55,385 nt of DNA from a virus. Its lineage: Duplodnaviria > Caudoviricetes. This document shows, one piece after another, positions 34,720 to 44,401 of this stretch; positions within the stretch are counted from its first letter, which is position 1, and each line of letters starts with the position of its first letter. Below the pieces are notes generated by a model that was given only the letters and a program-made list of their open reading frames with translations, ran no database searches and was not told the DNA's origin. The position numbers and the translations under genes are program-made. Where the stretch lies: positions 1 through 55,385 of the IMG/VR virus record IMGVR_UViG_3300046804_004030; one strand, written 5' to 3'.

Positions 34720-35144
34720 CAGCCCCCCTCCTGATAGGTGTCCTCGGGGGCGGCGATAAACGGCGCCCTGAGGTCGCTGGCGGGCATCCAGCAGGTCACG
34801 CCATGGAAGGGCTCCTCCTGCAGGTGCCAGGCGGCGTTGTAGGGCTCTCCGGTGTACTCGTCGGCCCGATGCGGCACGCCCCACCAGACGCGGCCAGAGC
34901 CGTCCCGATCCTTGGGCTCTGGCATGGCATCGACAATCTCCGTGATGCGACGGCAATCGGTCCAGGTGTAAGGAACCTGGCCTTCGCCACCGTACTTGCC
35001 AACAATTTCAGGGAATGCGTCGCAGAGACGGCTGAAGTTGACGGGATCTGCAGCAATCATCGCGGCTGCCAGCTTGCTGACAAAGTTGCCGCCAGTCTGC
35101 ATGTTCTCAACAAGCGGAAACTTGTTGACTGTGATCTGGTTCAT
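34719..35144 (-). CDS. two-module hypothetical protein
   Basis: GGNFVSKLAAAMIAADPVN..RLCDAFPE plus C-terminal PEPKDRDGSGRVW...TCWMP module. Confidence 0.7.
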   Translation of the reverse strand: MNQITVNKFPLVENMQTGGNFVSKLAAAMIAADPVNFSRLCDAFPEIVGKYGGEGQVPYTWTDCRRITEIVDAMPEPKDRDGSGRVWWGVPHRADEYTGEPYNAAWHLQEEPFHGVTCWMPASDLRAPFIAAPEDTYQEGG

Positions 35145-35208
35145 TGGAGTAGGTTGGTTGGGCTGCCTGCTTGCAGCTATTGAATCTTACAGGTTCTAGG
35201 ACGAGCCG

Positions 35209-35754
35209 TCAAGCACCATCCGAGAACATCTTGACTTTACCATAAGTTGCCATTTCAGCAAGCTCACGGTAGGTGATCGGGATGACCTCTCCATTCCTGG
35301 TATCGGTTTTGACAATCAGGTAGCAGTGTTTGTCGCGACCAGCATTAAACAGCTGCTGGAAGCTGGCATTGCACTGAAACCTGTATGCCTCGCCATACCA
35401 GCGGCTAAAGAGCATCTGGATCGGAGCAATTCTTGCATTTGGCCCCGATAACCATTTGTGGCGATCAGAAACCTTGCAATAAGCTGGTGTCAGATAGCTT
35501 CCCATCTGACCAACAATCCAGTAGCAATAGCAGCCGGCTGGAATGTTTTTCAGCTTTTCTTTGTCATGGATGGCAACATCCGTCCAGTTGTGCTGGATGA
35601 TGGATTCCGCCTCCAGCATCATTTTTTCATGGAGCGTGCGCGGGCGAACCTGCTGACGCTCGACTTCGTGGTACGAGTAGATGGAGCTGAGATCGACTGG
35701 TTGCATGGCCTCCGATGACAACTCATAAATGGTAGCACCTCCAAGGCCTTGCAC
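35209..35754 (-). CDS. hypothetical protein
   Basis: 181-aa ORF. Confidence 0.6.
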   Translation of the reverse strand: MQGLGGATIYELSSEAMQPVDLSSIYSYHEVERQQVRPRTLHEKMMLEAESIIQHNWTDVAIHDKEKLKNIPAGCYCYWIVGQMGSYLTPAYCKVSDRHKWLSGPNARIAPIQMLFSRWYGEAYRFQCNASFQQLFNAGRDKHCYLIVKTDTRNGEVIPITYRELAEMATYGKVKMFSDGA

Positions 35755-35789
35755 GCGAGCACTGGACCAGCCGTTGCAAATTTTAATCT

Positions 35790-36329
35790 CTACAGCTCTG
35801 GGACGACCGGCAGATCAAGGTTTGGGTAGAAGCGCTTATCCGAAAGCCTTCTCCAGTTATTGAGCACATTACCTATCGGCTCAAACGGCTCAGTCAGTAT
35901 GTAACCCATCCCAGAATACGGACTCAGCCAGTCAGCTACCAAGTTGTTGACGTAGACCCTTGGATACTCATGTTTGGTACCAATCCAGATGCAGCCATGG
36001 TCAACCGGCCTACAACCTTCAATAAAACGAACAAATGGATAAAACGCTCCCTCGTGAGCAAACTTAGGCGTCTTAAACTTGCCGCCCCAGCCAAGCTCAG
36101 CAACTTTCTTGAAGTGCTCAGAAAAGTATTCGCCGTAAACAAATTTCAGCTTACACAGTTTCTCAATTTCGCTATTTGACTGATAGCAGTCCTTGAGTTT
36201 GATTCTCAGGCTGCGATCCGGGCAGAGCGACTTTTTGCAAAGTGCAATTCTGTTGTCGGTCTGGGTTGACGTGAATAGCGGCCATCCAGTTGGCGAGTAT
36301 CGCTGGTGATACTGGACAGCTCTTGCCAT
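35790..36329 (-). CDS. hypothetical protein (start uncertain)
   Basis: Codirectional ORF. Confidence 0.5.
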   Translation of the reverse strand: MARAVQYHQRYSPTGWPLFTSTQTDNRIALCKKSLCPDRSLRIKLKDCYQSNSEIEKLCKLKFVYGEYFSEHFKKVAELGWGGKFKTPKFAHEGAFYPFVRFIEGCRPVDHGCIWIGTKHEYPRVYVNNLVADWLSPYSGMGYILTEPFEPIGNVLNNWRRLSDKRFYPNLDLPVVPEL

Positions 36330-36820
36330 GGCCTTGGTTTCTGGAATGGATTGGCAGCAATATACTCCTCCTGTTCACGCTGACCTGGCTTCAGGAAAAT
36401 CAGTCGAAGCAAGAAGTGGTTTAGCTCCCTTGTGTACTGCTGTGGATCAAGCAATTCAAGCCATTCAAGGACTTCACGACTTTTGTTCGCGCAATCAACC
36501 CAGTATTTCCTGACAGAAGCAGCCTCTTCCTGGGATATTGTTCTTGCAATCATGCCAGAAAACGGACAGATAAACTCATTAACGTTTGGGGCGCCGTAGC
36601 CACGAACCGAATAATACTGATACCACTTCCATCTTGCGCGCCTTGAAGCTTTCTCAATCTGCACTGTCAAAAGCATCTTAACGTTGTAGATAGCTCGATA
36701 CTTCCAGAGCGCCGTGCCATGCCTAGCTCGTTTGCCGACCGGCACCGGAGGCCTGTTGTCTTCAGGGACAAGCAGGATGCGATACGGAAACCTCTCTCGG
36801 CCCTTGACCGTTCTTGGCAC
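36206..36820 (-). CDS. basic hypothetical protein
   Basis: 204-aa ORF. Confidence 0.55.
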   Translation of the reverse strand: MPRTVKGRERFPYRILLVPEDNRPPVPVGKRARHGTALWKYRAIYNVKMLLTVQIEKASRRARWKWYQYYSVRGYGAPNVNEFICPFSGMIARTISQEEAASVRKYWVDCANKSREVLEWLELLDPQQYTRELNHFLLRLIFLKPGQREQEEYIAANPFQKPRPWQELSSITSDTRQLDGRYSRQPRPTTELHFAKSRSARIAA

Positions 36821-36854
36821 GCTTCAACTGTCAACTTAATGGTAAGATAGCGCC

Positions 36855-37061
36855 ATGGAACGCGCTTCTTACCGCTTCGTGGTTTTCAGGGGAGACAGCT
36901 TCCCTGCAGCTGGCCGCCTTGACGACTGGAGCGGTGGCAATGCGTCAGCACTTCGCCATCTGGAAGCGCTGTATCCAGACTGGACTCAAATCACCCTGCA
37001 AAAAGTAAAAGATGCTCAAGCTTGCGGACTCAGAGAAGAAAGAGATCTCTGCAGCGTTTGA
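36855..37061 (+). CDS. hypothetical protein
   Basis: Preceded by TGGTAAGAT extended -10-like sequence. Confidence 0.45.
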   Translation: MERASYRFVVFRGDSFPAAGRLDDWSGGNASALRHLEALYPDWTQITLQKVKDAQACGLREERDLCSV

Positions 37062-37266
37062 AGAGGCAGAGAAGGCGGTCATCGCTGCTGGCGAAGCGAT
37101 GGAAAAACTAATGCAAACACTTGAGCAAAAAGCTGCATGTGTCAGCATGAAAAAAGTTGACCACCTCAGGAACATCTCGGTTCCAGTCGGGGCCAACTGT
37201 TTCAAACTGCAGTGCCAGCGCTACAAAATTCAGGAAATGATGAAGCTCAGTCGAGTCTTTGAGTAA
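37012..37266 (+). CDS. hypothetical protein
   Basis: Converges on the MazG-like gene with abutting stops. Confidence 0.45.
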   Translation: MLKLADSEKKEISAAFEEAEKAVIAAGEAMEKLMQTLEQKAACVSMKKVDHLRNISVPVGANCFKLQCQRYKIQEMMKLSRVFE

Positions 37267-37692
37267 TTAAACGAGATCTGATAGGTCAGGGGGCTGATAG
37301 TTCGGCCCCTTCAACACCTTGCCGTCTTCTCGATACACAGGCTTGCCATTTTCGTCAAGCTTGCTCATGTTTGACTTGAAAACCCGGCACATTGCAGCTT
37401 CTAGGTCAACACCAAGAAACGCAGCCATTTGCTCGCAGACAAAGGCAAGGTCAGATAACTCCTTAATAACCTGCTCCTTAAACGCATAAAGAGCTTCTTC
37501 GTCGGTGCTGCTGTTGCTGGCAGAGACCCAGGCGTCCAAGGCTTCCTTAAACTCATTTCCCTCTTCTTCAATCAGACTGAGCTGCATTGTGAGATCAGGC
37601 AGCATTGCGTCAGGCACTTTTGCGGTGCCCGGTGCAATCACTACCTGGTTGAAGACACGGCGAAACTCAACAGCTTGCTCGGTGCGGTTCAT
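37267..37692 (-). CDS. MazG-like / PRA-PH family NTP pyrophosphohydrolase
   Basis: LIEEEGNE, KELSDL, VFKSNMSKL...REDGKVLKGPNY. Confidence 0.9.
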   Translation of the reverse strand: MNRTEQAVEFRRVFNQVVIAPGTAKVPDAMLPDLTMQLSLIEEEGNEFKEALDAWVSASNSSTDEEALYAFKEQVIKELSDLAFVCEQMAAFLGVDLEAAMCRVFKSNMSKLDENGKPVYREDGKVLKGPNYQPPDLSDLV

Positions 37693-37947
37693 TGCGGGGC
37701 TTGAGCTGGGTTCTTGATGCTGGAGGTGATAGTACGCCAGCTGTTACCGAAACTGTCGCCAAAACGTGCGCGAGTTCGCCACCAAAGACGAACAAAGTTG
37801 CGACGTTCGCTGCGTGGCATCTTGTTCCAGTTAGCCGCAAGATAAGCAGCTTCGGCGCGTTGCAGATCTGTACGCGTTGATTGGGTCATCAGTAGATAAA
37901 AAGATGGCCCCGGTTTCCCGAGGCCGTTTGCCATTTAGGCGATCAGA

Positions 37948-38562
37948 TCACAGATCCAGATCGGCTTCTTCTTCGTCACCTTCAGCATCGAAGTCAACTT
38001 CGGCCTGCTCGGCGACTTCCTTGACGCCAGCGGTGATGATGATCTGGCCGGGGGCAGCCTCGATCTTCACGTAGCTGTCAACGTCTTCACCAAACGGGAA
38101 GCCAGCGATGGAGGTATGGCGACCGCCAACAACAATGTTGCCGGTTTTGCCGATCTTCACAACCGGGCTGCGGTTGGTGCGGCGATGCGAACGCACAGGA
38201 GCCGCAAGCTTCACGCCAGACAGAGCTTCAAGCGAAGCAGTCAGGAAAGCGTTGGAATCGGCGGCGGTAACACGAACTTCGACAGCGCCGGTAGCGTTAT
38301 CGGTGATCTCGGTGTAGAAACCGCAGGCCTTGGCCACCGCATCAAGCGGCTGGCCTTCCATGGCGGTCATGGTTGCCTTGATCTGATCCAGGGGCAGCGG
38401 AGTGCCTTTGGTGCGAGTCGTGGCGGCAGTCTTCTCGGCGGGAGCTTCAGACATTTGTTCGGGACTGGGACTATCAGTGATGGGGATTTCAGCCGTTTCG
38501 ACTTCGGCTGCTTTTCGGCTGGGCAACGTCGGTTCCTTTGGACGACCCAGAAATCCTACCAT
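37948..38562 (-). CDS. cyanobacterial AbrB-like (cyAbrB) transcription regulator; probable start at 38454
   Basis: AKACGFY, FLTASLEALSGVKL, KTGNIVVGGRHT...G...VKIE align with cyAbrB motifs. Confidence 0.65.
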   Translation of the reverse strand: MVGFLGRPKEPTLPSRKAAEVETAEIPITDSPSPEQMSEAPAEKTAATTRTKGTPLPLDQIKATMTAMEGQPLDAVAKACGFYTEITDNATGAVEVRVTAADSNAFLTASLEALSGVKLAAPVRSHRRTNRSPVVKIGKTGNIVVGGRHTSIAGFPFGEDVDSYVKIEAAPGQIIITAGVKEVAEQAEVDFDAEGDEEEADLDL

Positions 38563-38592
38563 GACAGATCACGGTTCTGCAAGGTGCCGGCC

Positions 38593-38988
38593 TCACTTTT
38601 TTTGAGGAGGCGCCCACGGCAGCAGGTACAGGAACACCTGCTGGTTGTCTGTTGGCGCCGGCTGCCACCAGATCAGGGCGCCTGGAACGCGTGCGCACCG
38701 ATCATCCACCAAAACCCCAGCCTTAACAGCTGCATCAAGCACAGCCCCTGACAGGTTGTCAACATCGCTCCGGCCATGGCCATGCAACTCGATCCCCACC
38801 AGAGCGTGTTCCAAGGGCGGACGGCCTTGCCATTGCTCGCGGAGTGAGGCCTGGGAGGCCGCCAGCCAGGCCCTGTACTTACCAGATGTGTATGACCGGC
38901 CCATGCCCTGACGAGGCCGCTCCTTAGGCTGCAACGGGCCTGCCAGGCGCAGGGTGAGCCACTCATGCCCACTCGGGCTCGGCTGCAT
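38593..38988 (-). CDS. rusA: RusA-family Holliday junction resolvase
   Basis: PKERPR, DVDNLSGAVLDA, GVLVDDR. Confidence 0.85.
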   Translation of the reverse strand: MQPSPSGHEWLTLRLAGPLQPKERPRQGMGRSYTSGKYRAWLAASQASLREQWQGRPPLEHALVGIELHGHGRSDVDNLSGAVLDAAVKAGVLVDDRCARVPGALIWWQPAPTDNQQVFLYLLPWAPPQKK

Positions 38989-39721
38989 AAACGTCAGCAG
39001 CAGCGGATGAATCCCTTGCCCCGGCTGCACGCGCATCAGCGCATTGCTCCAACAGTTTCAATGCAAGGATCCTAGACTTACCTGGGCCAAAGCGCTCGAA
39101 TAGCAGTCTACCAACTTCCTCAACTTGAAGAGTCGTTGGATTCCTGAATACACTGATTGGCTTAAGTGCCTGCTTTTTCTCACCGTATCCATGTGCGTAA
39201 TAACATTCCTGTACGTCCTTGTACTTTCTTCCTGGTCCTATGTCAGCCAGTGAATCTGGCTGCATCTGATACAAAAACTTTACCGTTCTGTAGTCAATAA
39301 TCTTGTTAAATTTCTTCTTTTTTCTGTTTCTTGCAATCTCCCTGATTAACCTTCTGTACTCAAAGAATGACTCGGGGAAGCAAAAAGTGTGATCTTCTTT
39401 TCTTAACCAATCAACGAACTTGTAAGCATATTTGTTTTTGGACTTTTCCTTAAGCGCTGACTTGGTAACTGCGACAATAAACTCACCAAGATCCCTGATG
39501 CCAAGTCCGTAATAAACGCTATGAACAAAATCTTTGATACCTTTCAGCTTAACTTCTTTTCCACGCATAGTTGTATAACCATGGTGAACATTGGCTTCAA
39601 CGATTTTTAGCATCGTCATGAAAAAAGGCTCCGAATCTTGCCCCGCCATGACGGTTGCAAGATGGAGCCTCGCATCCTCTACAAGCATTGCCTCGTAGAA
39701 GGGATCGCCTTTGTTAAGCAT
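38963..39721 (-). CDS. hypothetical protein
   Basis: 252 aa inside the recombination operon. Confidence 0.7.
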   Translation of the reverse strand: MLNKGDPFYEAMLVEDARLHLATVMAGQDSEPFFMTMLKIVEANVHHGYTTMRGKEVKLKGIKDFVHSVYYGLGIRDLGEFIVAVTKSALKEKSKNKYAYKFVDWLRKEDHTFCFPESFFEYRRLIREIARNRKKKKFNKIIDYRTVKFLYQMQPDSLADIGPGRKYKDVQECYYAHGYGEKKQALKPISVFRNPTTLQVEEVGRLLFERFGPGKSRILALKLLEQCADARAAGARDSSAAADVYAAEPEWA

Positions 39722-39756
39722 TGACTATTTTCAGAAAGCTTAACGGTTTAGGTGTA

Positions 39757-40149
39757 TCAGAACGGAACTTCGTCTTCTTCGGGATCTGGCTGACTGCGCT
39801 TAGCAGACATTGGAGAACCACCTGGCTTATCACCGCCAAGCAACGTGAAGTTCATGCAACGAAGCGTAGGGGTGACATTTTTTTTGCCATCCTTCTCCCA
39901 CTCGTCAATCGCAAGCTCGCCGCTAACGATAATTTGCGTGCCTTTCTTCACGTAGTCACTGACGACCTGGGCTTGCTTGCCCCAAACTTCAACACGCACC
40001 CACATGGGAGCGGGCTTGGGATCACCCTTTTTGCCGTACTTATCAACGGCAATATTGAACTTGGCAACAGAGTTGCCGCCATTGAGAGCTTTCAGCTCAG
40101 CATCGCTACCAGCGCGACCGCTGAACGTACAGGAGTTAAATGAGGCCAT
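39757..40149 (-). CDS. ssb: single-stranded DNA-binding protein
   Basis: GRAGSDAE, FNIAVD, VEVWGKQA, KKGTQIIVSGEL, acidic tail EDEVPF. Confidence 0.95.
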   Translation of the reverse strand: MASFNSCTFSGRAGSDAELKALNGGNSVAKFNIAVDKYGKKGDPKPAPMWVRVEVWGKQAQVVSDYVKKGTQIIVSGELAIDEWEKDGKKNVTPTLRCMNFTLLGGDKPGGSPMSAKRSQPDPEEDEVPF

Positions 40150-40166
40150 TGGCTGGGGGCAGTAGG

Positions 40167-40568
40167 TCAAAGTGACAGTTCATCATCGCCCGAAGGCGAG
40201 CCGTTGTCAATACCTTCGTCAAGGTTGTAGCCCTTGGGAAGCTCGGGCTTGAAGGCTGGCGAGAAGCCAAGCTTTGGCGGAAGCGTGAAAAATGCGTCCC
40301 GCAAGTAGATGTGACAGCACTTCACGCCATCTTTTCTGACCCTTGGCATGATGCGACTTATAGAGCCAGTCATTGTCATGTAGTCATTAGCGCGAACGTA
40401 GTCAAGGAGAAGAGTGATTTTTCTTCCGTAAAAGCGGCCTTGCGCATAATGCACCTCTCGGCCGCCAAGATTTATTTTCAGAATAAGATCCGAGTAACGA
40501 CCATACTCGCCATTCTTTTCCTCAGGATTTTCAACGACGTATCCATCAAAGTTAGCGGAAATTGGCAC
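40167..40568 (-). CDS. divergent second SSB-like OB-fold protein
   Basis: DGYVVENPE, RFYGRK, DYVRANDYMTMTGSI parallel SSB strands; acidic tail DDELSL. Confidence 0.6.
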   Translation of the reverse strand: MPISANFDGYVVENPEEKNGEYGRYSDLILKINLGGREVHYAQGRFYGRKITLLLDYVRANDYMTMTGSISRIMPRVRKDGVKCCHIYLRDAFFTLPPKLGFSPAFKPELPKGYNLDEGIDNGSPSGDDELSL

Positions 40569-40570
40569 TG

Positions 40571-41341
40571 TCAGACAGCCTCAATTTTTTTACGAGGAAA
40601 GGGTGAGTTTTCTAGCTCCTGATAAATCTTAAAGCGCTCGATAAACTCATTAGCATATTCCCTAATCTTTTCGATTGGCTCAACGAAAAGGGTAGGCTCG
40701 CACCAGTCATAGCAAGCGCAAATAACCATCTGCTCAATCGGCGGGTACTCACCAGTTTCTTTTGCGTAAATGTTATGCGCAAGTGTGTACGCACTCATCT
40801 GTACGAAACCTTCATGAAACCTGCTGCGAGGCTTACGCTTCTTCTGAACGCCCTCCTCAAGGTGTGATCTTGAGCTTTTCCAGTCCCATACCGTGTATTT
40901 CTGATTCCACCACAGCCTGATGTCAGGCTTGCCGGCAAAACCGTAGGGACAGTAAAGCGGCTCCTCAATAATCATATTTCCATTTGCCAAGCCAGGCCAC
41001 GCATCGCAAGCGCCAGCATTGGAATCACGCATATCCCGTAGCAATGGCTCCAGGTAGTGCATGTATGCAGCAATGTTGTGATGCGTCAGTTCCTCAACTG
41101 TTGGCGCATCTTCTACATGCTTTTGGCGGCCTCCAGTAAGGAAGCCCTCTGCCATGTAATGAACAATGGTGCCACGACGCTGGGCCTTTTCAAGAATTTC
41201 CTGATAATTTGGCTCGCGCTCCTGCCAAATACCAAGACCCTTGGCTTTGGCTGGATGGAAGATAGGCATTGTCTTGCCAAGGATTGTTGAAATCCTTGCG
41301 TATTCCAGCCCATCCTTTTCGTAAAACTCATGATTAGACAT
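40571..41341 (-). CDS. PD-(D/E)XK exonuclease
   Basis: RISTILG, RGTIVH, FAGKPD, VWDWKSS, QMSAY. Confidence 0.85.
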   Translation of the reverse strand: MSNHEFYEKDGLEYARISTILGKTMPIFHPAKAKGLGIWQEREPNYQEILEKAQRRGTIVHYMAEGFLTGGRQKHVEDAPTVEELTHHNIAAYMHYLEPLLRDMRDSNAGACDAWPGLANGNMIIEEPLYCPYGFAGKPDIRLWWNQKYTVWDWKSSRSHLEEGVQKKRKPRSRFHEGFVQMSAYTLAHNIYAKETGEYPPIEQMVICACYDWCEPTLFVEPIEKIREYANEFIERFKIYQELENSPFPRKKIEAV

Positions 41342-42107
41342 TCAGTGCCTCCTGAGCAGCAGACTGTAGATCGGCAATGGAAGGGGCCTGCACCTCTTCC
41401 GTTACGCGCACAACCTGATCGCCTTTGCTGTTCTGGCCGGCATTCAGCTTGACGGCATATTCAGCTGTCAGATTCTGAAGCAGCTTGCCACGGATACTTT
41501 CCTTGACCTCCTCCCATTTGCCAACACCAAGAATTACCTTCAGAGCTGCAATGCCAGTCCTGTTGATACCAACGGACTCCATTTTTTCGGTAAGCCTTGA
41601 AATAAACTCAGCATTGATGCGATCCATGTCAGATACCTGCATCTGACTCGGGGGCGCATCTTCAACGGCTCGCTGATCCTTGTCGTACAGCGCAAGGCCA
41701 AACGGGTTGCCAAAGGTCATGGCAGCCCTCTTCATTGCATCAGTTGCCGCTTCCTTGATTGCGGATTCGTGAGCAAGGCCGAGATCAACGTCAATGCCGT
41801 GACCAGCGCCAACACCTTCACGGCAAACGCCGCCAACATTGAGCTTGATACGAGCAATGTAAGAAACGCCCCAACCGTCTTTTTGCTGACGACCAATCTT
41901 CCTTTCGGCTTCATTGACGCATTTGATTTCGATAATGTCCTGATTCCATCCATCAAAACCAAAGATGCGGTTCATCTCACGGATGACCCACCATCCTTCA
42001 ACATAAGAGAGCTTCCTGCCACTCTGCTCACGTTGCTTGACGACCTGAGCTGATAGCGAGCCCTTCAGTTCATCGTTTTGATGATCGGAGAAAATTCCAG
42101 GTTTCAT
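41334..42107 (-). CDS. Rad52/22-family (Sak-like) ssDNA annealing protein
   Basis: LSYVEGWWVIREMNRIFGFDGW, REGVGAG, AIKEAATDAMKRAAMTFGNPFGLALYD. Confidence 0.92.
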   Translation of the reverse strand: MKPGIFSDHQNDELKGSLSAQVVKQREQSGRKLSYVEGWWVIREMNRIFGFDGWNQDIIEIKCVNEAERKIGRQQKDGWGVSYIARIKLNVGGVCREGVGAGHGIDVDLGLAHESAIKEAATDAMKRAAMTFGNPFGLALYDKDQRAVEDAPPSQMQVSDMDRINAEFISRLTEKMESVGINRTGIAALKVILGVGKWEEVKESIRGKLLQNLTAEYAVKLNAGQNSKGDQVVRVTEEVQAPSIADLQSAAQEALNV

Positions 42108-42173
42108 CGGCGGGGGTGGTTGGGGCTGTGTTTGACACGGATTCTATCATGCCAGAAGCCATGCAAGCAACCC

Positions 42174-42482
42174 TTGAGCACCACCGCATCCACGCAACTC
42201 AACCGGATCTTGCGGACCACGGCCAATCTGCTGTTTGAAAAGGGTGAAGATGCTGCAAACGTCATCAACTTGCTACAGGGTTTTGTTGCTCCATCTATGG
42301 TAAGAAAGTGGCACCAACGCTACCAAGAGCTGCACGGACTGGCCGGCGCTGATACCAGTAAGCGCGACATTCGCAGATTACCGATGCCACCCATCGCGTT
42401 TCAGACTGTTGAGCTGAAGACAATGGAGCGGCTACTTGAACAACCACCGGCCGAGGATGACGCGGTAGAGCCTGACTGGTGA
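42174..42482 (+). CDS. hypothetical protein (TTG start)
   Basis: Coding-like part of ORF 42078..42482. Confidence 0.5.
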   Translation: MSTTASTQLNRILRTTANLLFEKGEDAANVINLLQGFVAPSMVRKWHQRYQELHGLAGADTSKRDIRRLPMPPIAFQTVELKTMERLLEQPPAEDDAVEPDW

Positions 42483-42498
42483 TCGCAGCTAGGGTTCC

Positions 42499-42717
42499 TT
42501 GGCCAGGGGTGAGATGGCGCAAGCCGATCGACGCCCGTATTCACAAGGAACTGCTGTGGAGAAAACTGTCAAAATTCCCGAGCAAGTGTGCGCAGTTCTT
42601 AATGACATCGCAAAAATCAGGCGCACCATTCTTGAGAATGCTCCACAGTGTCTCCCGCTCTTGGCTCCGATCATCGTTGACGCAGAGGATCACCTGCATT
42701 CACTGTACCCTGGCTGA
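42499..42717 (+). CDS. hypothetical protein
   Basis: Follows previous + gene. Confidence 0.4.
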   Translation: MARGEMAQADRRPYSQGTAVEKTVKIPEQVCAVLNDIAKIRRTILENAPQCLPLLAPIIVDAEDHLHSLYPG

Positions 42718-42960
42718 CTTACGCCTGGCCTGAGTCCTGGCCTTATTCTTGGTACTGTTTTTTTGTTTCAGGATCTCCTGCATCTGGGCCTTGATCCTGT
42801 CGATCTCGGCCTGATTCTTCTTGTCGCGCACAGCCTGCAGCGCCTCTTGATAGCCTGGGGCTTCAAGGTCTGGTCGCTCCGCAAAGATCGCAGACCAATC
42901 CGGTGCAGAAGACTTTCTAAGTTCAGCCATCAATCCTCCTGAGTGTTTCATCAAAAACAA
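42700..42960 (-). CDS. hypothetical protein
   Basis: DWSAIFAERPDLEAPGYQEA; AGGAGG before MAELRK. Confidence 0.6.
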   Translation of the reverse strand: MFLMKHSGGLMAELRKSSAPDWSAIFAERPDLEAPGYQEALQAVRDKKNQAEIDRIKAQMQEILKQKNSTKNKARTQARRKSARVQ

Positions 42961-44401
42961 TAGAGCTTTGTAGATCTATGGCACAACGAAGTGTGCCGCA
43001 AACGCCATGACGGTTCTTTGCGACACTAATTGCAAGCTCATAGGGATCCTTTGATTCATCGTAATAAGCCGGTCTTAGCATGAACATAACAATATCGGCG
43101 TCTTCTTCAATGCGGCCGGAAGCACGCAAGTCAGAGAGTGTCGGCATCTTATCTGTTCTACTTTCAACACCGCGATTGACCTGACTTAACAGGAAAATGT
43201 CAATGCCAGCTCTAACGGCAAGTTGCTTAAGCGCTCTTGTGACATGACCAATGTTTGACGCTTCTGTATTATTGGCGTCACCAGAGCATCCTTCAATTAG
43301 CTGAAGATAGTCAATAAATACTGCAGATAGCTTGGGCCTTGTTTTAGATAACAAAACGACTTTTGAGGAAATGCCGCCAATGCTCTCGGATGAAGCATCA
43401 TAAATATGGAATCTATTAACAAAAGGAGAATTACGATAGCTCTCAAGCCTCTCGCGTTGATCAGTTGTGTAGCTGCGTTGCCTCAAGTTGTGCGAACGAA
43501 TTGGATTTGTCAGATTCTTGGACATGCTTAAGTTCAAATAGTCATAGCAAGAAATTGCTTTGTACTGAACTTGTCTTTTAGACATTTCAAGACTAAAGAA
43601 AGCAACATCTCCGTGTGAATCAGCCAGCTGCGTGGCAAGAGAGATGGCAATCGTGCTCTTGCCCATCGCTGGCCTTGCAGCAACGACAATCAATCGACCC
43701 GAGTAAGGAGAATTTCTTGAAGCAATGCCACCCTGTATCGCCTCGTCAAGAACCTGCAAGCCAGTGCTGATGGCAATTCCTTGCGGCAGTGGGGCAAGAA
43801 GTTCATCAACAGATGACTGCCAGTCATCATCCTTGCGATCTATCAGCGATATATTATTCCAGGTATCGTGCTGAGCCTCAATAAGTTTTGGAATCTTATC
43901 GAGAATACTGTCTACATCTGGAGGAGCGTTAAAAATATCAAGCATCTCCTCCGAGTTTTGAATCATCTGACGCCTTATCAGCTTGAGGCGCCAAACAGGA
44001 AGGATTGATTCAAAGTTTTGAACAGAGTAAAAGATAGATGGCGAGTTGAGTACGCCTTCTATAAGCTCGCACTCTTTTTCATGCCCACGAATTTTGAGCA
44101 CACGCTCTGCCATAACGGCAATGCTGCCAGGAAGCAGAAACTGAGATTTCGTCGTTCCAGCAAAAAACTTCTTAATTACAAAGAATATTGCCTTCCTGTG
44201 AACTTCGGTAAACCAACTGTCATCAATCGTTGAGAAGACTTTCATGAGTCCCTCTACGTCGCCCTTATTGGGCTCTCCCTCAAGCAAAAAGCAAGACGAA
44301 GCAAGAAAGCAGGTCTCAAATTCGTCAGTATCCCATGTCTGAATACCGCTGAGAAGATCTTCAAGTGTCTTCTCTAGTGACTTTTGACCTTTCTGGCTCA
44401 T
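42923..44401 (-). CDS. dnaB: replicative DNA helicase, DnaB family
   Basis: AARPAMGKST, FFSLEM, FIDYLQLI, LLSQVNR, DLRASGRIEEDAD, KNRHG. Confidence 0.97.
   Translation of the reverse strand: MSQKGQKSLEKTLEDLLSGIQTWDTDEFETCFLASSCFLLEGEPNKGDVEGLMKVFSTIDDSWFTEVHRKAIFFVIKKFFAGTTKSQFLLPGSIAVMAERVLKIRGHEKECELIEGVLNSPSIFYSVQNFESILPVWRLKLIRRQMIQNSEEMLDIFNAPPDVDSILDKIPKLIEAQHDTWNNISLIDRKDDDWQSSVDELLAPLPQGIAISTGLQVLDEAIQGGIASRNSPYSGRLIVVAARPAMGKSTIAISLATQLADSHGDVAFFSLEMSKRQVQYKAISCYDYLNLSMSKNLTNPIRSHNLRQRSYTTDQRERLESYRNSPFVNRFHIYDASSESIGGISSKVVLLSKTRPKLSAVFIDYLQLIEGCSGDANNTEASNIGHVTRALKQLAVRAGIDIFLLSQVNRGVESRTDKMPTLSDLRASGRIEEDADIVMFMLRPAYYDESKDPYELAISVAKNRHGVCGTLRCAIDLQSSIVFDETLRRIDG

Noticed and set aside
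28859-38751. Long + strand ORFs such as 28859..29341, 30088..30666, 31839..32291 and 38116..38751
   Set aside because: Antisense shadows of well-packed minus-strand genes with no recognisable motifs
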